DNA of 64,000 nucleotides from Bacteroidales bacterium (GTDB lineage Bacteria; Bacteroidota; Bacteroidia; Bacteroidales; UBA7960). The stretch spans positions 2,327 to 66,326 of the forward strand of contig PWKN01000001.1 of NCBI GenBank assembly GCA_003559735.1, given 5' to 3'. Positions 1-10,221 of this stretch are shown here, piece by piece. The translations under genes and the position numbers were made by a program. Numbering within the stretch: the stretch's first letter is position 1; each line of letters starts with the position of its first letter. A model generated the notes under the pieces. That model was not told the origin of the DNA. It saw only the letters and a list, made by a program, of their open reading frames with translations, and made no database searches.

Positions 1-50
1 GTGGTTTCCAGATCGAAAAATGCGATGGGACGGGTAAGTTCTAACTGCAT
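1..50 (-). CDS. DEDD-type (DnaQ-like) 3'-5' exonuclease, first 17 codons only; gene runs off the left edge
   Basis: Reverse-strand ATG at 50..48 followed by MQLELTRPIAFFDLETT. FFDLETT is the ExoI DxE motif, at the usual distance from the N-terminus. Too short for the ORF track. An in-frame ATG at 143 is an alternative start. Confidence 0.4.
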   Translation of the reverse strand, partial: MQLELTRPIAFFDLET

Positions 51-291
51 CGAATTGTTGTTTGGTTGGTGTTGGTTTACTGTTGCTGTTTTGCAGGATG
101 ATCGCAGCGCCTTCGGTTCGGTGGTGCTGCTGTTAACCGGCATGGCGGTTGATGGCAGTGAACGTCAGGACGTAGCTGTTAATTTGCGAAGGTACGATAA
201 ATCTTCAAGGGTTGTGCGGAAAAAGTACCCAAAAACTGACAATAACGATGCCGGACGGTACCCTGATCATTATCAAACGGAAAAACCTGAT

Positions 292-1644
292 TTAAATGCG
301 CTGGGTCGCGTCAAAGTTTTCAAGGTATTCGGCAACCCGCTGCATAAACAGTCCTCCCAGCGCCCCATCAACGATCCTGTGATCACAAGCCAGCGACAGG
401 TCCATCCGGTGTCTGATGGCAATATGGTCTCCGTCGGCTGTTTCAATGACAACAGGTTTCTTCTGTATGAGTCCCACACCAAGTATGCCCACCTGCGGCT
501 GGTTGATGATGGGGGTTCCCATTGTGGCACCAACCGTTCCAAAGTTGGTTAGGGTGAAGGTCCCCCCTTGTATCTCATCGGGTTTGAGCTTGTTGTTCCT
601 TGCCCTGCCGGCCAGGTCATTGACCTCCTTTGTAAGACCCAGCAGATTCTTGTGGTCGGCATTTTTTATGACAGGTACGATCAGGTTTCCGTCGGGAAGT
701 GCGACAGCCATCCCCACGTTTATATTGCCCCGCCTGATGATCTTATGTCCGTCCAGCGAAACGTTCATCATCGGGTAATCACGTAAAGCCCTGGCGATGG
801 CCTCAATAAATACCGGTGTATATGTCAGTTTTTCCCCTTCTCTTTCAAGCAGGATGCCTTTTTGCTTTTCGCGCCACTGAACGATTCTTTGCATGTCGAC
901 TTCCCTGAACAATGTAATATGCACAGAGGTGTCTTCCGATAACACCATATGATCAGCGATCAGTTTTCGCATACGGTCCATCTCAATCACTTCATCTTTA
1001 TTTCCCACCGGTATTGCGGGTGCTGCTGACCTGGATGCCGCCGGGACTCTGCCGGATTCTGCAGGGGTTACCTCACCTGGTTTGTCTGCCGGTCTTTTCT
1101 TGCGCTCACTGATGTAAGACAGCAGGTCATCCTTTGTCAGGCGATTGTTCTTGCCTGATCCGGGGATGGCCTCCAACTCTTCCGCTGATACCCCTTCTTT
1201 CTGTGCAATGTTCCTTACAAGGGGAGAATAGAAACGACCGCTGTCTGACCTTTGCCCTTTATCACTTGCCGTTTGATCTGAAGTGGCAGGTCCGGGCTGA
1301 ATGGCTTCGCCCGAAGATGCCTCTGATGCTGAGTCTTTATCCACACCGGCGGTCTGTGACGATGCCTCTTCGTCTGGTATTTCTTCAGCCACTTCATCTC
1401 CATTGTCCATTTCAATAAGTGCAATAACGGTATCAACATCTACCGTGTCGCCTTCATTGAACAATTGCTTTTTCAATATGCCCTCTACCGGACTGGGGAT
1501 CTCTGAGTCAACTTTGTCGGTTGCCAGCTCGAGAACAGGATCGTCCAGTTCGATCCGGTCGCCTGCACCCTTAAGCCATTTTGTTATGGTTGCTTCTGTT
1601 ATGCTTTCTCCCAACTTGGGCATCTTTAATTCAAAGGTTGCCAT
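292..1644 (-). CDS. 2-oxoacid dehydrogenase complex E2 component (dihydrolipoamide acyltransferase)
   Basis: N-terminal lipoyl domain (MPKLGESITEATITKWLK, ELATDKVDSEIPSP), Ala/Pro/Ser-rich linkers, E3-binding segment (SPLVRNIAQKEGV), C-terminal catalytic domain with DHRIVDG. Confidence 0.95.
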   Translation of the reverse strand: MATFELKMPKLGESITEATITKWLKGAGDRIELDDPVLELATDKVDSEIPSPVEGILKKQLFNEGDTVDVDTVIALIEMDNGDEVAEEIPDEEASSQTAGVDKDSASEASSGEAIQPGPATSDQTASDKGQRSDSGRFYSPLVRNIAQKEGVSAEELEAIPGSGKNNRLTKDDLLSYISERKKRPADKPGEVTPAESGRVPAASRSAAPAIPVGNKDEVIEMDRMRKLIADHMVLSEDTSVHITLFREVDMQRIVQWREKQKGILLEREGEKLTYTPVFIEAIARALRDYPMMNVSLDGHKIIRRGNINVGMAVALPDGNLIVPVIKNADHKNLLGLTKEVNDLAGRARNNKLKPDEIQGGTFTLTNFGTVGATMGTPIINQPQVGILGVGLIQKKPVVIETADGDHIAIRHRMDLSLACDHRIVDGALGGLFMQRVAEYLENFDATQRI

Positions 1645-1732
1645 ATGCTCTGTTTTTTTATAGTGTATTCCTTGCGTACTATATCATCAAACAAAAAACC
1701 ATCTAAAAGGTTTGACGGGAGCGCGTTGAATT

Positions 1733-3706
1733 TCATGGCGTGTTGCCGGGGTGTTTGCCCAACATGCGAAAGGCATTCACACAAATACGAAGATCATTCT
1801 CCACTTTATAATCCTTGGCATACAAGTTATTGAGGTTGTTCATCGTGTCATTTTGCAGGTCAATGGTCGAAATAGCGTCACCAGGACGTAAAACGCCCTT
1901 TTTTAATGGGGGGAGTTTGCTTTTCCTGGCAGTATGATGGTATCCCACCCATGATAACTGTCCGGCAAAAACCCGCACAAGGTTTCCCAGAAACCCCCAC
2001 CTGTACTTTTGTATAATCAGTTGAAAAGGGAGCGTTACGAGGAGCAGCACGCTTAGCGACAGATCAAACAGCCGTTTGTTGCGTTTGTTCGATGGCAGGT
2101 TTACAGCATTGATATTGACCGTGAACAGGTCACCGAACGTGTCGATGCTGTTGCTGCCTATGATGTACAGACTTTCGGGCGGAGCGATCTTGAACAATAC
2201 CTGTTTGCTCTGGAGGTCTGACATGTGGTCAATGATTTTTTGCGACGACATGTTTTCAGCGCAGAAGATCACTTCATTGATCCGGTATATATCAATAATT
2301 TCGTTGATTTGCCTGATGGTGCCAAGATAACCCTCTTCATCAGGCTTTTCTCCTTCCAGGGAAACCAGTCCGATAAACGAGGTGTTGCCACTTTGTCTGA
2401 GCATATTCAGTATACGTCCCGCTTCTTTTCCGTCGCCGGCGATCAGGACGCGTTTGTTGACCGGGGCGCTCAGATGGAGGCTTTTGTATTTAAAAAGGGT
2501 GTGAAGGGTCCGCGTGAGCATCATCGAAAACAACGCCCACATGCTACCCAGCAGGATCAGCGCCCTGGAAAACCTTAAGTGTATGGGCAACAGGGCATAG
2601 ATCACAAGGATGGCAACAGTGCCGAAGCCGACCCCGCGAACAATACGGAAGAGCCTGTGCGGACGGTCATATCCGCCATTGATGTATACTGATGATAACC
2701 AAAAGAATATATATGCCGGGACAATAAAATGCATGTATTCGGGAGGGTAATAGGCCGATTCAACTGCAAAAACCTGGTGTCCCCAATAATTTTTTAAATA
2801 ATAGAAACCGCCGTAGATTAAGATGGCATCTGTTACAGGCCAGAAGATCCGTTGGATGAAGCGCGACAGGATTGCGATCATGGCACGAAAATATACGGCC
2901 ATGTTGATCAGCAGTGAAAAGATCCTGGCGTTCTTATGGGAAAAGTGCTTGCGGGCAAATATGATCATTGCATTGTAAAAGACCAGCACATAGTTAACGC
3001 TGCTCTTCCTGGTACTTTCTCCTTTGTAATGAATAATCCTTGTTCCGGGGTAGTAATAGTTTTTGTATCCTGCCTTGGTAATTCGATGCGACAGGTCAAC
3101 ATCCTCTCCATACATAAAAAATGATTCATCAAGCAAACCGGTTTTTTCAAGTGCTTCTTTCCTGATAAGCATGAACGCACCCGATAATACATCCACAACG
3201 TGGCATTTGTCCTTATCCAGGTATCCGAGGTGGTATTTGCTGAACAACCTCGATTTTGGAAACAGTGCCGAGAGTCCGAAAATCTTACAAAAAGCCACGC
3301 CTGGAGTAGGGAGTCCGCGTTTTGACTCAGGCAAAAACCGTCCTTGTCCGTCGAGCATCTTTACCCCCAATGCGCCTGCATCTGGATGAGACTCCATGAA
3401 ACCGGTCACTGCCGGCAATGTGTCGTCCTCTACCACGGTGTCGGGATTCAGCAACAATATGTAACGGCCCCTGGCTTTTTTGATGGCCTGGTTATTGGCT
3501 TTGCTGAACCCTGCATTTTCCTGGTTGACGATCAGTTGTACCATCGGGAATTTCTCCCTTACCATATCAGCTGATCCGTCGACTGAATGATTGTCAACGA
3601 CAAATACTTCCATATCGATATTTTTCCCTGATTTAAAAACCGAGTGGAGGCATTGTTCGAGAAAGTAACGTACGTTATAATTGACAATAACAACAGACAG
3701 GAGCAT
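1733..3706 (-). CDS. Family 2 glycosyltransferase fused to a multi-TM region, a Rossmann-like domain and a truncated polyprenyl-phosphate sugar transferase-like tail
   Basis: N-terminus VVIVNYN...DNHSVDGS...LLNPDT (GT2). Hydrophobic segments at about aa 260-400. VLIAGDGKEAG Rossmann-like segment. C-terminal KRLFDLSLSVLLLVTLP followed soon after by GQLSWVGY (Bac_transf-like edges). Confidence 0.85.
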   Translation of the reverse strand: MLLSVVIVNYNVRYFLEQCLHSVFKSGKNIDMEVFVVDNHSVDGSADMVREKFPMVQLIVNQENAGFSKANNQAIKKARGRYILLLNPDTVVEDDTLPAVTGFMESHPDAGALGVKMLDGQGRFLPESKRGLPTPGVAFCKIFGLSALFPKSRLFSKYHLGYLDKDKCHVVDVLSGAFMLIRKEALEKTGLLDESFFMYGEDVDLSHRITKAGYKNYYYPGTRIIHYKGESTRKSSVNYVLVFYNAMIIFARKHFSHKNARIFSLLINMAVYFRAMIAILSRFIQRIFWPVTDAILIYGGFYYLKNYWGHQVFAVESAYYPPEYMHFIVPAYIFFWLSSVYINGGYDRPHRLFRIVRGVGFGTVAILVIYALLPIHLRFSRALILLGSMWALFSMMLTRTLHTLFKYKSLHLSAPVNKRVLIAGDGKEAGRILNMLRQSGNTSFIGLVSLEGEKPDEEGYLGTIRQINEIIDIYRINEVIFCAENMSSQKIIDHMSDLQSKQVLFKIAPPESLYIIGSNSIDTFGDLFTVNINAVNLPSNKRNKRLFDLSLSVLLLVTLPFQLIIQKYRWGFLGNLVRVFAGQLSWVGYHHTARKSKLPPLKKGVLRPGDAISTIDLQNDTMNNLNNLYAKDYKVENDLRICVNAFRMLGKHPGNTP

Positions 3707-3780
3707 GGATTCAGCGATTATTCGTTATTTTTCTTCGGTGTTGACATAACTGGCAATCAATGGTTGCACGGATTGGATGT

Positions 3781-4401
3781 TTACCTGTTACTGGTTTCGT
3801 AGACAGTACGGTAAACAATGGAGCGCCCCAGGGTTATTTCATCAGCATATTCCAATTCATCTCCAACAGAAATACCCCTGGCAATGACAGATACTTTCAG
3901 CCCATAGGGTTGAAGCTTCTTGTAAATATAGAAATTTGTGGTGTCGCCTTCCATTGTCGTGCTGAGCGCCAGGATGATCTCCCTGGCATCCTGGTTGGTC
4001 TTAAGCCGTTTTTCGAGTGCATCGATGGTCAGATCGTCCGGACCAATGCCATCTATGGGAGAGATGATCCCCCCCAGCACATGATACAGTCCGTGATACT
4101 GCCCCGTGTTTTCAATGGCAATCACGTCCCGGATGTCTTCCACGATACATATGGTTGACTTGTCGCGACGGGGTGAGCTGCATATGCTGCATAGCGGTTG
4201 ATCAGAAATGTTGTGGCATTCGCTGCAGTACACCACATTATTATACAGATGAAGCAGTGCATCTGAGAAACGTTCCAGACTGCCCTTGTCCTGTTTCAGC
4301 ATATGCAGTACGAGCCGTAATGCGGTTTTTTTCCCTATGCCCGGCAGCCGGGAGAATTCCTCTACCGCTGCCTGTAAGATCTTTGAAGAGAATGTTTCCA
4401 A
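3781..4401 (-). CDS. recR: Recombination protein RecR
   Basis: HhH motif [13 protein letters not shown]4 zinc finger [18 protein letters not shown], Toprim domain. About 200 aa, typical length. Confidence 0.95.
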   Translation of the reverse strand: METFSSKILQAAVEEFSRLPGIGKKTALRLVLHMLKQDKGSLERFSDALLHLYNNVVYCSECHNISDQPLCSICSSPRRDKSTICIVEDIRDVIAIENTGQYHGLYHVLGGIISPIDGIGPDDLTIDALEKRLKTNQDAREIILALSTTMEGDTTNFYIYKKLQPYGLKVSVIARGISVGDELEYADEITLGRSIVYRTVYETSNR

Positions 4402-4545
4402 TTATTTCCTTTTTCGCTAACAACAACCAGGTTCTGTTTTTTGCCGGTATGCGCCGGGAGCTGCAGCCAAAGTTACTAAAATGACGGGCACAAAAACAAA
4501 ATCTTTGCCTATTTTTGCCGGAACAATTCATTGAAGCAGGCAACC

Positions 4546-6027
4546 ATGCACCCTGAGCTTATTCTTTTCTCCTTCCTGGCATATACGGTTCTTCTTTTTT
4601 TTATATCAAGGCTTACCGTGCGGCGTAAGGTGGACAATGAAACGTATTTCCTTGGCAACAGGAACTCTCCCTGGTATGTGGTGGCTTATGGCATGATCGG
4701 CGCATCTTTGTCTGGCGTTACTTTTATGTCGGTGCCTGGCCTGGTGCACAATGAAGCTTTTTCCTATATGATGCTGGTAATAGGGTACCTGGCTGGGTAC
4801 GGTGTCATTGCCGGCATATTGCTGCCATTGTATTACAAACTGAACCTCACTTCAATATACACATACCTGGGCAATCGGTTTGGTTTGACTTCCTATAAGA
4901 CAGGGGCTTTGTTTTTTGTGCTCAGCAGACTCATAGGCAGTTCATTCCGTATGTTTCTGGTTGTTATCGTACTGCAGCGTTTTGTGTTTGACAATTACGG
5001 GATACCCCTCAGTGCCACGGTGTCGCTGTTTATGATCCTGATCCTGTTGTATACCCTGAAGGGGGGTATCAAAACCATTGTGTGGACAGATACGCTGCAG
5101 ACAACTTTTATGATCGGTGCGGTCATTATCAGCATCGGACTGATATCTGTGCAGTTGGATATGGGACTGGGTGAGCTGATCTCTGAATCCGGACGAAGGG
5201 GATATACTAACCTGTTTGTATGGGATGTGAACGACCCGCGTTTCTTTTTAAAGCAATTCTTTGCAGGGATGTTCATAACAATTGTGATGACCGGACTTGA
5301 CCAGGATATGATGCAGAAGAACCTGAGTTGCCGTAACCTGCGTGATGCGCGTAAGAATGTCCTTTCATTCGGACTGATCCTTATTCCTGTCAACCTGTTG
5401 TTCTTGTTCCTCGGATCTGTACTGTGGATCTATGCCGGCAACGAGGGCATTATGCTGGGCGTGGAACAGACCACTGATGAGCTGTTCCCAACCATTGCCC
5501 TTGAATACCTTGGGGTATTTGCCGGACTTACTTTCTTTTTTGGGTTGGTGTCTGCCGCCTATTCAAGTGCCGACGGCACATTAACCGCCCTGACCACCGT
5601 GTTTTGCATTGACTTTCTTGGCCTGCGGCGACGCTCCGGCGTAACCGAAAAGAAGATACGGCGCACACGGTACGTGGTTCACATTGCCTTTACCATCCTG
5701 ATGGTAGGAATAATCATCACATACAGCGCAATCAGCAATGAAGCCCTTATCAGCTCATTGTTCACAATTGCCGGGTATACGTACGGACCATTGCTTGGGC
5801 TCTATTTTGCCGGACTCTATACCAAATGGCAGATACGGGATGTTTATGTGCCTGTGGTGGCCGTTGCGTCACCGCTGGTTAGTTACCTGCTGAGCATCCA
5901 TTCTGAATGGTTGTTCAACGGATACCGTTTTGGTTTTGAAATACTTATTCTCAACGGACTGCTTACCTTGCTGGGGCTCTGGCTGATAAAAAGAAAACCA
6001 GCGAAGGGAATATCCGGGGATGCTTGA
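4546..6027 (+). CDS. Sodium:solute symporter family transporter
   Basis: About 13 hydrophobic helices and SSF-like sequence (GNRNSPWYVVAYGMIGASLSGVTFMSVPG). The ORF track starts at a TTG (4531); the first ATG is at 4546. Confidence 0.85.
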   Translation: MHPELILFSFLAYTVLLFFISRLTVRRKVDNETYFLGNRNSPWYVVAYGMIGASLSGVTFMSVPGLVHNEAFSYMMLVIGYLAGYGVIAGILLPLYYKLNLTSIYTYLGNRFGLTSYKTGALFFVLSRLIGSSFRMFLVVIVLQRFVFDNYGIPLSATVSLFMILILLYTLKGGIKTIVWTDTLQTTFMIGAVIISIGLISVQLDMGLGELISESGRRGYTNLFVWDVNDPRFFLKQFFAGMFITIVMTGLDQDMMQKNLSCRNLRDARKNVLSFGLILIPVNLLFLFLGSVLWIYAGNEGIMLGVEQTTDELFPTIALEYLGVFAGLTFFFGLVSAAYSSADGTLTALTTVFCIDFLGLRRRSGVTEKKIRRTRYVVHIAFTILMVGIIITYSAISNEALISSLFTIAGYTYGPLLGLYFAGLYTKWQIRDVYVPVVAVASPLVSYLLSIHSEWLFNGYRFGFEILILNGLLTLLGLWLIKRKPAKGISGDA

Positions 6028-6081
6028 GCAGGGCGGCCATCAAATGGCAGGTAACCCGTAACGCTCTTGCCTTCTGCTCCT

Positions 6082-7101
6082 TTAATCTACAAAGCTCACC
6101 CATCCGTGGGGATCCGGTTCTTCGCCGTACTGTATGCCCTGGAGTTTTTCATACAACCTGGTTGACCAGGGACCCGCTTTGGATGGATCGCCAAAGGTAT
6201 ATGTCTTGCCCGTTTCCCGTTCCACAATTTTCCCGATGGGAGAGATAATGGCCGCTGTACCGCATGCACCCGCTTCTTCAAAAGTTTCAAGTTCTTCTAC
6301 CGGCACTTCCCGCCTTTCTACCTTCATTCCCATGTCACGGGCGAGTTGCATCAGGCTCATGTTGGTTATTGAGGGCAATATCGAATCAGATTTTGGGGTA
6401 ATATAGGTATTGTCCCTGATCCCGAAAAAGTTTGCTGGTCCGGCTTCATCGATATATTTCTTTTCTTTGGCCTCAAGAAAGAGCACCGATGCGTAGCCCT
6501 CTGCCTTTGCTCTTTCAGAGGCACGGAGACTGCCAGCATAATTTCCACCCACCTTGATATGTCCGGTTCCAAGGGGAGCGGCACGGTCATAATCGCGAAT
6601 GATCTGCATGGTAACGGGGTTGAAGCCCTCTTTGAAATAAGGTCCGACAGGTCCGACAAACACCATGAAAAGATATTCCTTTGCAGGGTTTACGCCAACC
6701 TGGACACCGGTTCCGATCAGAAGCGGACGAATGTACAATGCTGCCCCATGCCCAAAGGGGGGGACATAGTCTTTGTTTAAGCTTACAGCTTTTGAGACCA
6801 TCTCATGGAACAATTGCTCCGGCGGCCTGGCCATCAGTATGCCATCGGCCGAACGCTGCATGCGTTTTGCATTCTCATCCCAGCGAAACAGACGTACCTT
6901 ATTGTCTTTTCCGCGATACGCCTTCATCCCCTCAAAAGCCTCCTGTCCGTAGTGCAAACAAGTTGCCGCCATATGGATGCTGATCTGCGGGGATGAGCTC
7001 ACCTCTACCTCTCCCCATTGGCCGTTACGATAATAACATCTTACATTGTAGTCGGTCTGGAAATACCCAAACGGGAGATTTCCCCAGTCTATGTTTTGCA
7101 T
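6082..7101 (-). CDS. ilvE: Branched-chain amino acid aminotransferase
   Basis: Class IV aminotransferase motifs (QEAFEGMKAYR, GGNYAGSL, EAGACGTAAIISPIG). The ORF track start at 7128 is a TTG. The ATG at 7101 gives MQNIDWGNLPFGY, the usual N-terminus. Confidence 0.9.
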   Translation of the reverse strand: MQNIDWGNLPFGYFQTDYNVRCYYRNGQWGEVEVSSSPQISIHMAATCLHYGQEAFEGMKAYRGKDNKVRLFRWDENAKRMQRSADGILMARPPEQLFHEMVSKAVSLNKDYVPPFGHGAALYIRPLLIGTGVQVGVNPAKEYLFMVFVGPVGPYFKEGFNPVTMQIIRDYDRAAPLGTGHIKVGGNYAGSLRASERAKAEGYASVLFLEAKEKKYIDEAGPANFFGIRDNTYITPKSDSILPSITNMSLMQLARDMGMKVERREVPVEELETFEEAGACGTAAIISPIGKIVERETGKTYTFGDPSKAGPWSTRLYEKLQGIQYGEEPDPHGWVSFVD

Positions 7102-7230
7102 AATGTTTTGATTTATATAATGAGACAAATACGAATGTTGGTCTGCTAAGTTATAATAAACTATTGAAACGGCAAGAGATTTTATTCGCTTCCGGATGCG
7201 CGGAAGGTGTTGCCAGGGGAATAAAGCCGG

Positions 7231-8748
7231 TTAGTTCTCATGGTAAAGGATGATGGTGTCAAGCAGGCGTATCATCTTATTGCGCATGGATACGGGGGAG
7301 CCATCATAGTCGTTGACAATGATCACGAAGGCTGCGAGGTGTCCGTTTTGCATTGGCGTATAACCTGCATAGGCAAGGACATTGCTGAGGGTGCCACTTT
7401 TTGCCCTGAGGACCCCTTCCGAATGACTCCCCCTGAAATGATGGGCAATGGAACCACTGTAACCAGCAAGTGGCAGACTGTTCAGGAGGACACCGAAAGA
7501 AGGGTGCCGTGATGCGGCCTCCATGACCGACATCAACTGGTGGGCAGATAACCGGTTGTATGCCGACAACCCGCTTCCATCATGCAAACGCCATTGGGAT
7601 GATCGCACATCCAGTGAGTCCCAAAGGTCGATGGTGGCATTCAGGCCAGCTTCGGTTGTTCCCTGTCCAAGAGAATAATGTCCGATGGTCTTAAGCAGGT
7701 TTTCGGTATACGTATTGATGCTGGCAGTATTTGCGCGGTAAATGATGTCAAAAAGATAAGGGGAATGCCAGGTGCTGAGGATCTTTCTGTTGTCTGATGC
7801 AATCAACCCATCAGCTTCCAGGGCCCGGTACGTACTTGTTTCCCCCCCTGTCTCAATTCCCTGTCCGCCAAGATAAACCTTGAAAGCATCGGCAATGAAT
7901 TTTGGGGGATCGGGCATGGATCCCTTCACGGCATAATTAATTGTCCCTAAAGGTACCGTTCCCGTAAGCCTTCGCTCCTGCTGATAGGGTGGCCCGAAAA
8001 TGTGTACCTGGTCTCCCGAATTTGAGGGACCGGTAGACAGTTCATTGATGAACGACAGGCCGGGGATGACGGGATCGGTAGAAACCACTTCGGCGGGTGC
8101 GCCCAGAGCCTCTCCTGCGGCCAGGTACACAGTGTACGAATTCTCCATTACTGTTAACCCGCTGGCCCCTGCTCCGTAGTGGTTGCCAAGATGGCCCCAT
8201 AGCCAGCGCCGGGGAACCATCTCATGATCAAAAATACGTTCATCAGCGATAATATGTCCGGATACCTTAGTAATACCAGCCGCTTTCAGCGATTGGTGCC
8301 ACTGACTGAAAACGTCGTTTAACGACAGGGTGTCCGACAGTGAAACTGAACCGAGCGTGGGATCGCCACTGCCCCTGATGTAGAGGTTGCCTTCAAGGAC
8401 TCCCCGCCGGTTGATGTTGCCGTCATATTCCAGATGTGTTTCATACCGGTGGTCGTGTCCAAGCAACATCAGTGCGGAGGCGGTGGTGATCAGTTTTTGT
8501 GTCGATGCCGGCAGCAGGCGTTGATGGATATTGTGGGCGATAATCGGTTCATTGGCAGTAATGTCTGTAACATAAAAACTCCAGCCTGCCGGCCGGAGCG
8601 AATGATCGGTCCGGAAATGATCGTATGCATCGTTAAGCGGACAGGATCCGGAAACCGTCGTTGCTGCAGAAAGCAGAATGTTCCCTGAAAAAAATAACAA
8701 AACAACAACATTCAGGATGCGCATGGATATAGATTTTTTGTTAAACAT
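7231..8748 (-). CDS. dacB: D-alanyl-D-alanine carboxypeptidase/endopeptidase (PBP4, peptidase S13)
   Basis: Signal peptide, SxxK (ASTQKLITT), KSGT (KTG-type) motif, about 500 aa PBP4 architecture. Confidence 0.9.
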   Translation of the reverse strand: MFNKKSISMRILNVVVLLFFSGNILLSAATTVSGSCPLNDAYDHFRTDHSLRPAGWSFYVTDITANEPIIAHNIHQRLLPASTQKLITTASALMLLGHDHRYETHLEYDGNINRRGVLEGNLYIRGSGDPTLGSVSLSDTLSLNDVFSQWHQSLKAAGITKVSGHIIADERIFDHEMVPRRWLWGHLGNHYGAGASGLTVMENSYTVYLAAGEALGAPAEVVSTDPVIPGLSFINELSTGPSNSGDQVHIFGPPYQQERRLTGTVPLGTINYAVKGSMPDPPKFIADAFKVYLGGQGIETGGETSTYRALEADGLIASDNRKILSTWHSPYLFDIIYRANTASINTYTENLLKTIGHYSLGQGTTEAGLNATIDLWDSLDVRSSQWRLHDGSGLSAYNRLSAHQLMSVMEAASRHPSFGVLLNSLPLAGYSGSIAHHFRGSHSEGVLRAKSGTLSNVLAYAGYTPMQNGHLAAFVIIVNDYDGSPVSMRNKMIRLLDTIILYHEN

Positions 8749-8777
8749 CGATCGCAGGTTGCTTCATGTGGCATGCT

Positions 8778-9998
8778 TCATTCAGCCCCCTGTTTGTTCA
8801 GGAGCTTTAGCGCTTCAGCCGCACTGATCCGCTCTTCATTTAAAAAGGCCACTACAAATGCATCTCTGAATCCTGCCTGTTGCACAGCCCGTTGCAGTTT
8901 GCCCGCCTCCTCCAGGGATGTTTCATTTCCTACAGTATACTTATATAGTCCTTCGTGATAATATGATGAAACATTGTTAAGTCCCTTGAATGCGGGGTCA
9001 TCATGGGGTCTTTTTGTCGTGGTGGATGCAAACTGAACCCGGAACAGGACGGTGGCAGCTTCCGGTTTGTCTGCCGTTAACCGGTCCGTAACGGTGTCAT
9101 TTTCCGGATGACCTTCTTTTTCCTGCCGGGACGACAGCTCTGGTGTTTCATTGTTTTGTCCTGTCGTTCCGGGTGACTCACCCGGTGCATTATTGTACAT
9201 GCTTCTGCTGCGGCTCACATACAATGCATCCTGTTCGTTTTTATAATCGCGGAAAGCACGAAATATTGCTGAGGCAATATATGCCTGGCCAGATTCCAAC
9301 ATCAGGTATTGTTCTTCGGATGGGTTGCTGAGAAAGCCCGTTTCAATCAATACGCCTGGCATGGTAATGTGGTACAATACAAGGAATCCTGCTTGTTTGA
9401 CCCCCCGGTCGATCCGGTTTGCCCGATCCCTGAACTGACCCTGGACAAATGATGCCATATCAAGGCTTTGTTCAAGGTAGGCGTTCTGGTACAAGGCAAA
9501 GATGATGCTGGCCTCGGGCGAATTGGGGTCAAAGCCGTCGTATGTCTCCAGGTAGTCATCTTCATAAAGGATCGATTTGTTTTCCCTTCTTGCCACCTCA
9601 AGGTTTGCTTCGCTCCGGTGCAGTCCCATCACGAATGTCTCGGTGCCTCTTGCCCTGGATGAACTGCTGCTGTTGCAATGAATGGATAAAAACAAGTCGG
9701 CATTGTTTTCATTGGCAATCTGGGCCCTTTCGTGCAGGGGGACAAACACGTCGGTTTCCCTGGTAAAGATCACCTCCACTTCAGGCAGGTATTCCCGGAT
9801 GTATTCACCCACCCTTAAACCAATGGCCAGGGTTATGTCCTTTTCTTTTGAGTGCCTGCCGATCGCACCACTGTCCCGTCCGCCATGCCCCGGATCAATA
9901 ACCACTGTTCTGATCCTTGCACCATATGCCTCTGTCAGGGAAGCAGGCATTCCAAATGCCATCAGTACCATACCAAAAATCAATGGAAATCGTTTCAC
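8778..9998 (-). CDS. N-acetylmuramoyl-L-alanine amidase (Amidase_3) with C-terminal SPOR-like domain
   Basis: Signal peptide, VVIDPGHGGRDSGA and SIHCNS zinc-ligand motifs, low-complexity linker, C-terminal FRVQFASTT...GLYKYTVG SPOR-like repeat. Confidence 0.9.
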   Translation of the reverse strand: MKRFPLIFGMVLMAFGMPASLTEAYGARIRTVVIDPGHGGRDSGAIGRHSKEKDITLAIGLRVGEYIREYLPEVEVIFTRETDVFVPLHERAQIANENNADLFLSIHCNSSSSSRARGTETFVMGLHRSEANLEVARRENKSILYEDDYLETYDGFDPNSPEASIIFALYQNAYLEQSLDMASFVQGQFRDRANRIDRGVKQAGFLVLYHITMPGVLIETGFLSNPSEEQYLMLESGQAYIASAIFRAFRDYKNEQDALYVSRSRSMYNNAPGESPGTTGQNNETPELSSRQEKEGHPENDTVTDRLTADKPEAATVLFRVQFASTTTKRPHDDPAFKGLNNVSSYYHEGLYKYTVGNETSLEEAGKLQRAVQQAGFRDAFVVAFLNEERISAAEALKLLNKQGAE

Positions 9999-10221
9999 TT
10001 AAAGTACAGGTTTTTTCGTTAGTTTTGCCACGGTTAAACCGGAAATATCCACTCAGCGTTCCCGGATGTGCATGGTTAACACTCCAGGGCTGACGATTGT
10101 TTTATTGTTGTTGTTTTGCCGGATAATATCGTTCATTTCCTGTAAATGCATGCATACTATCCAAACGTCAAAAACACTGAAGTTGTATGTTCGGTTTGTA
10201 CAAAAATAATATTTAATCACT

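Noticed and set aside
1-552. 183-aa plus-strand ORF at the left edge
   Set aside because: Its 3' half is antisense to the E2 gene and it has no recognisable domain. The left-edge sequence is better explained by a reverse-strand exonuclease N-terminus (FFDLETT) plus intergenic DNA.
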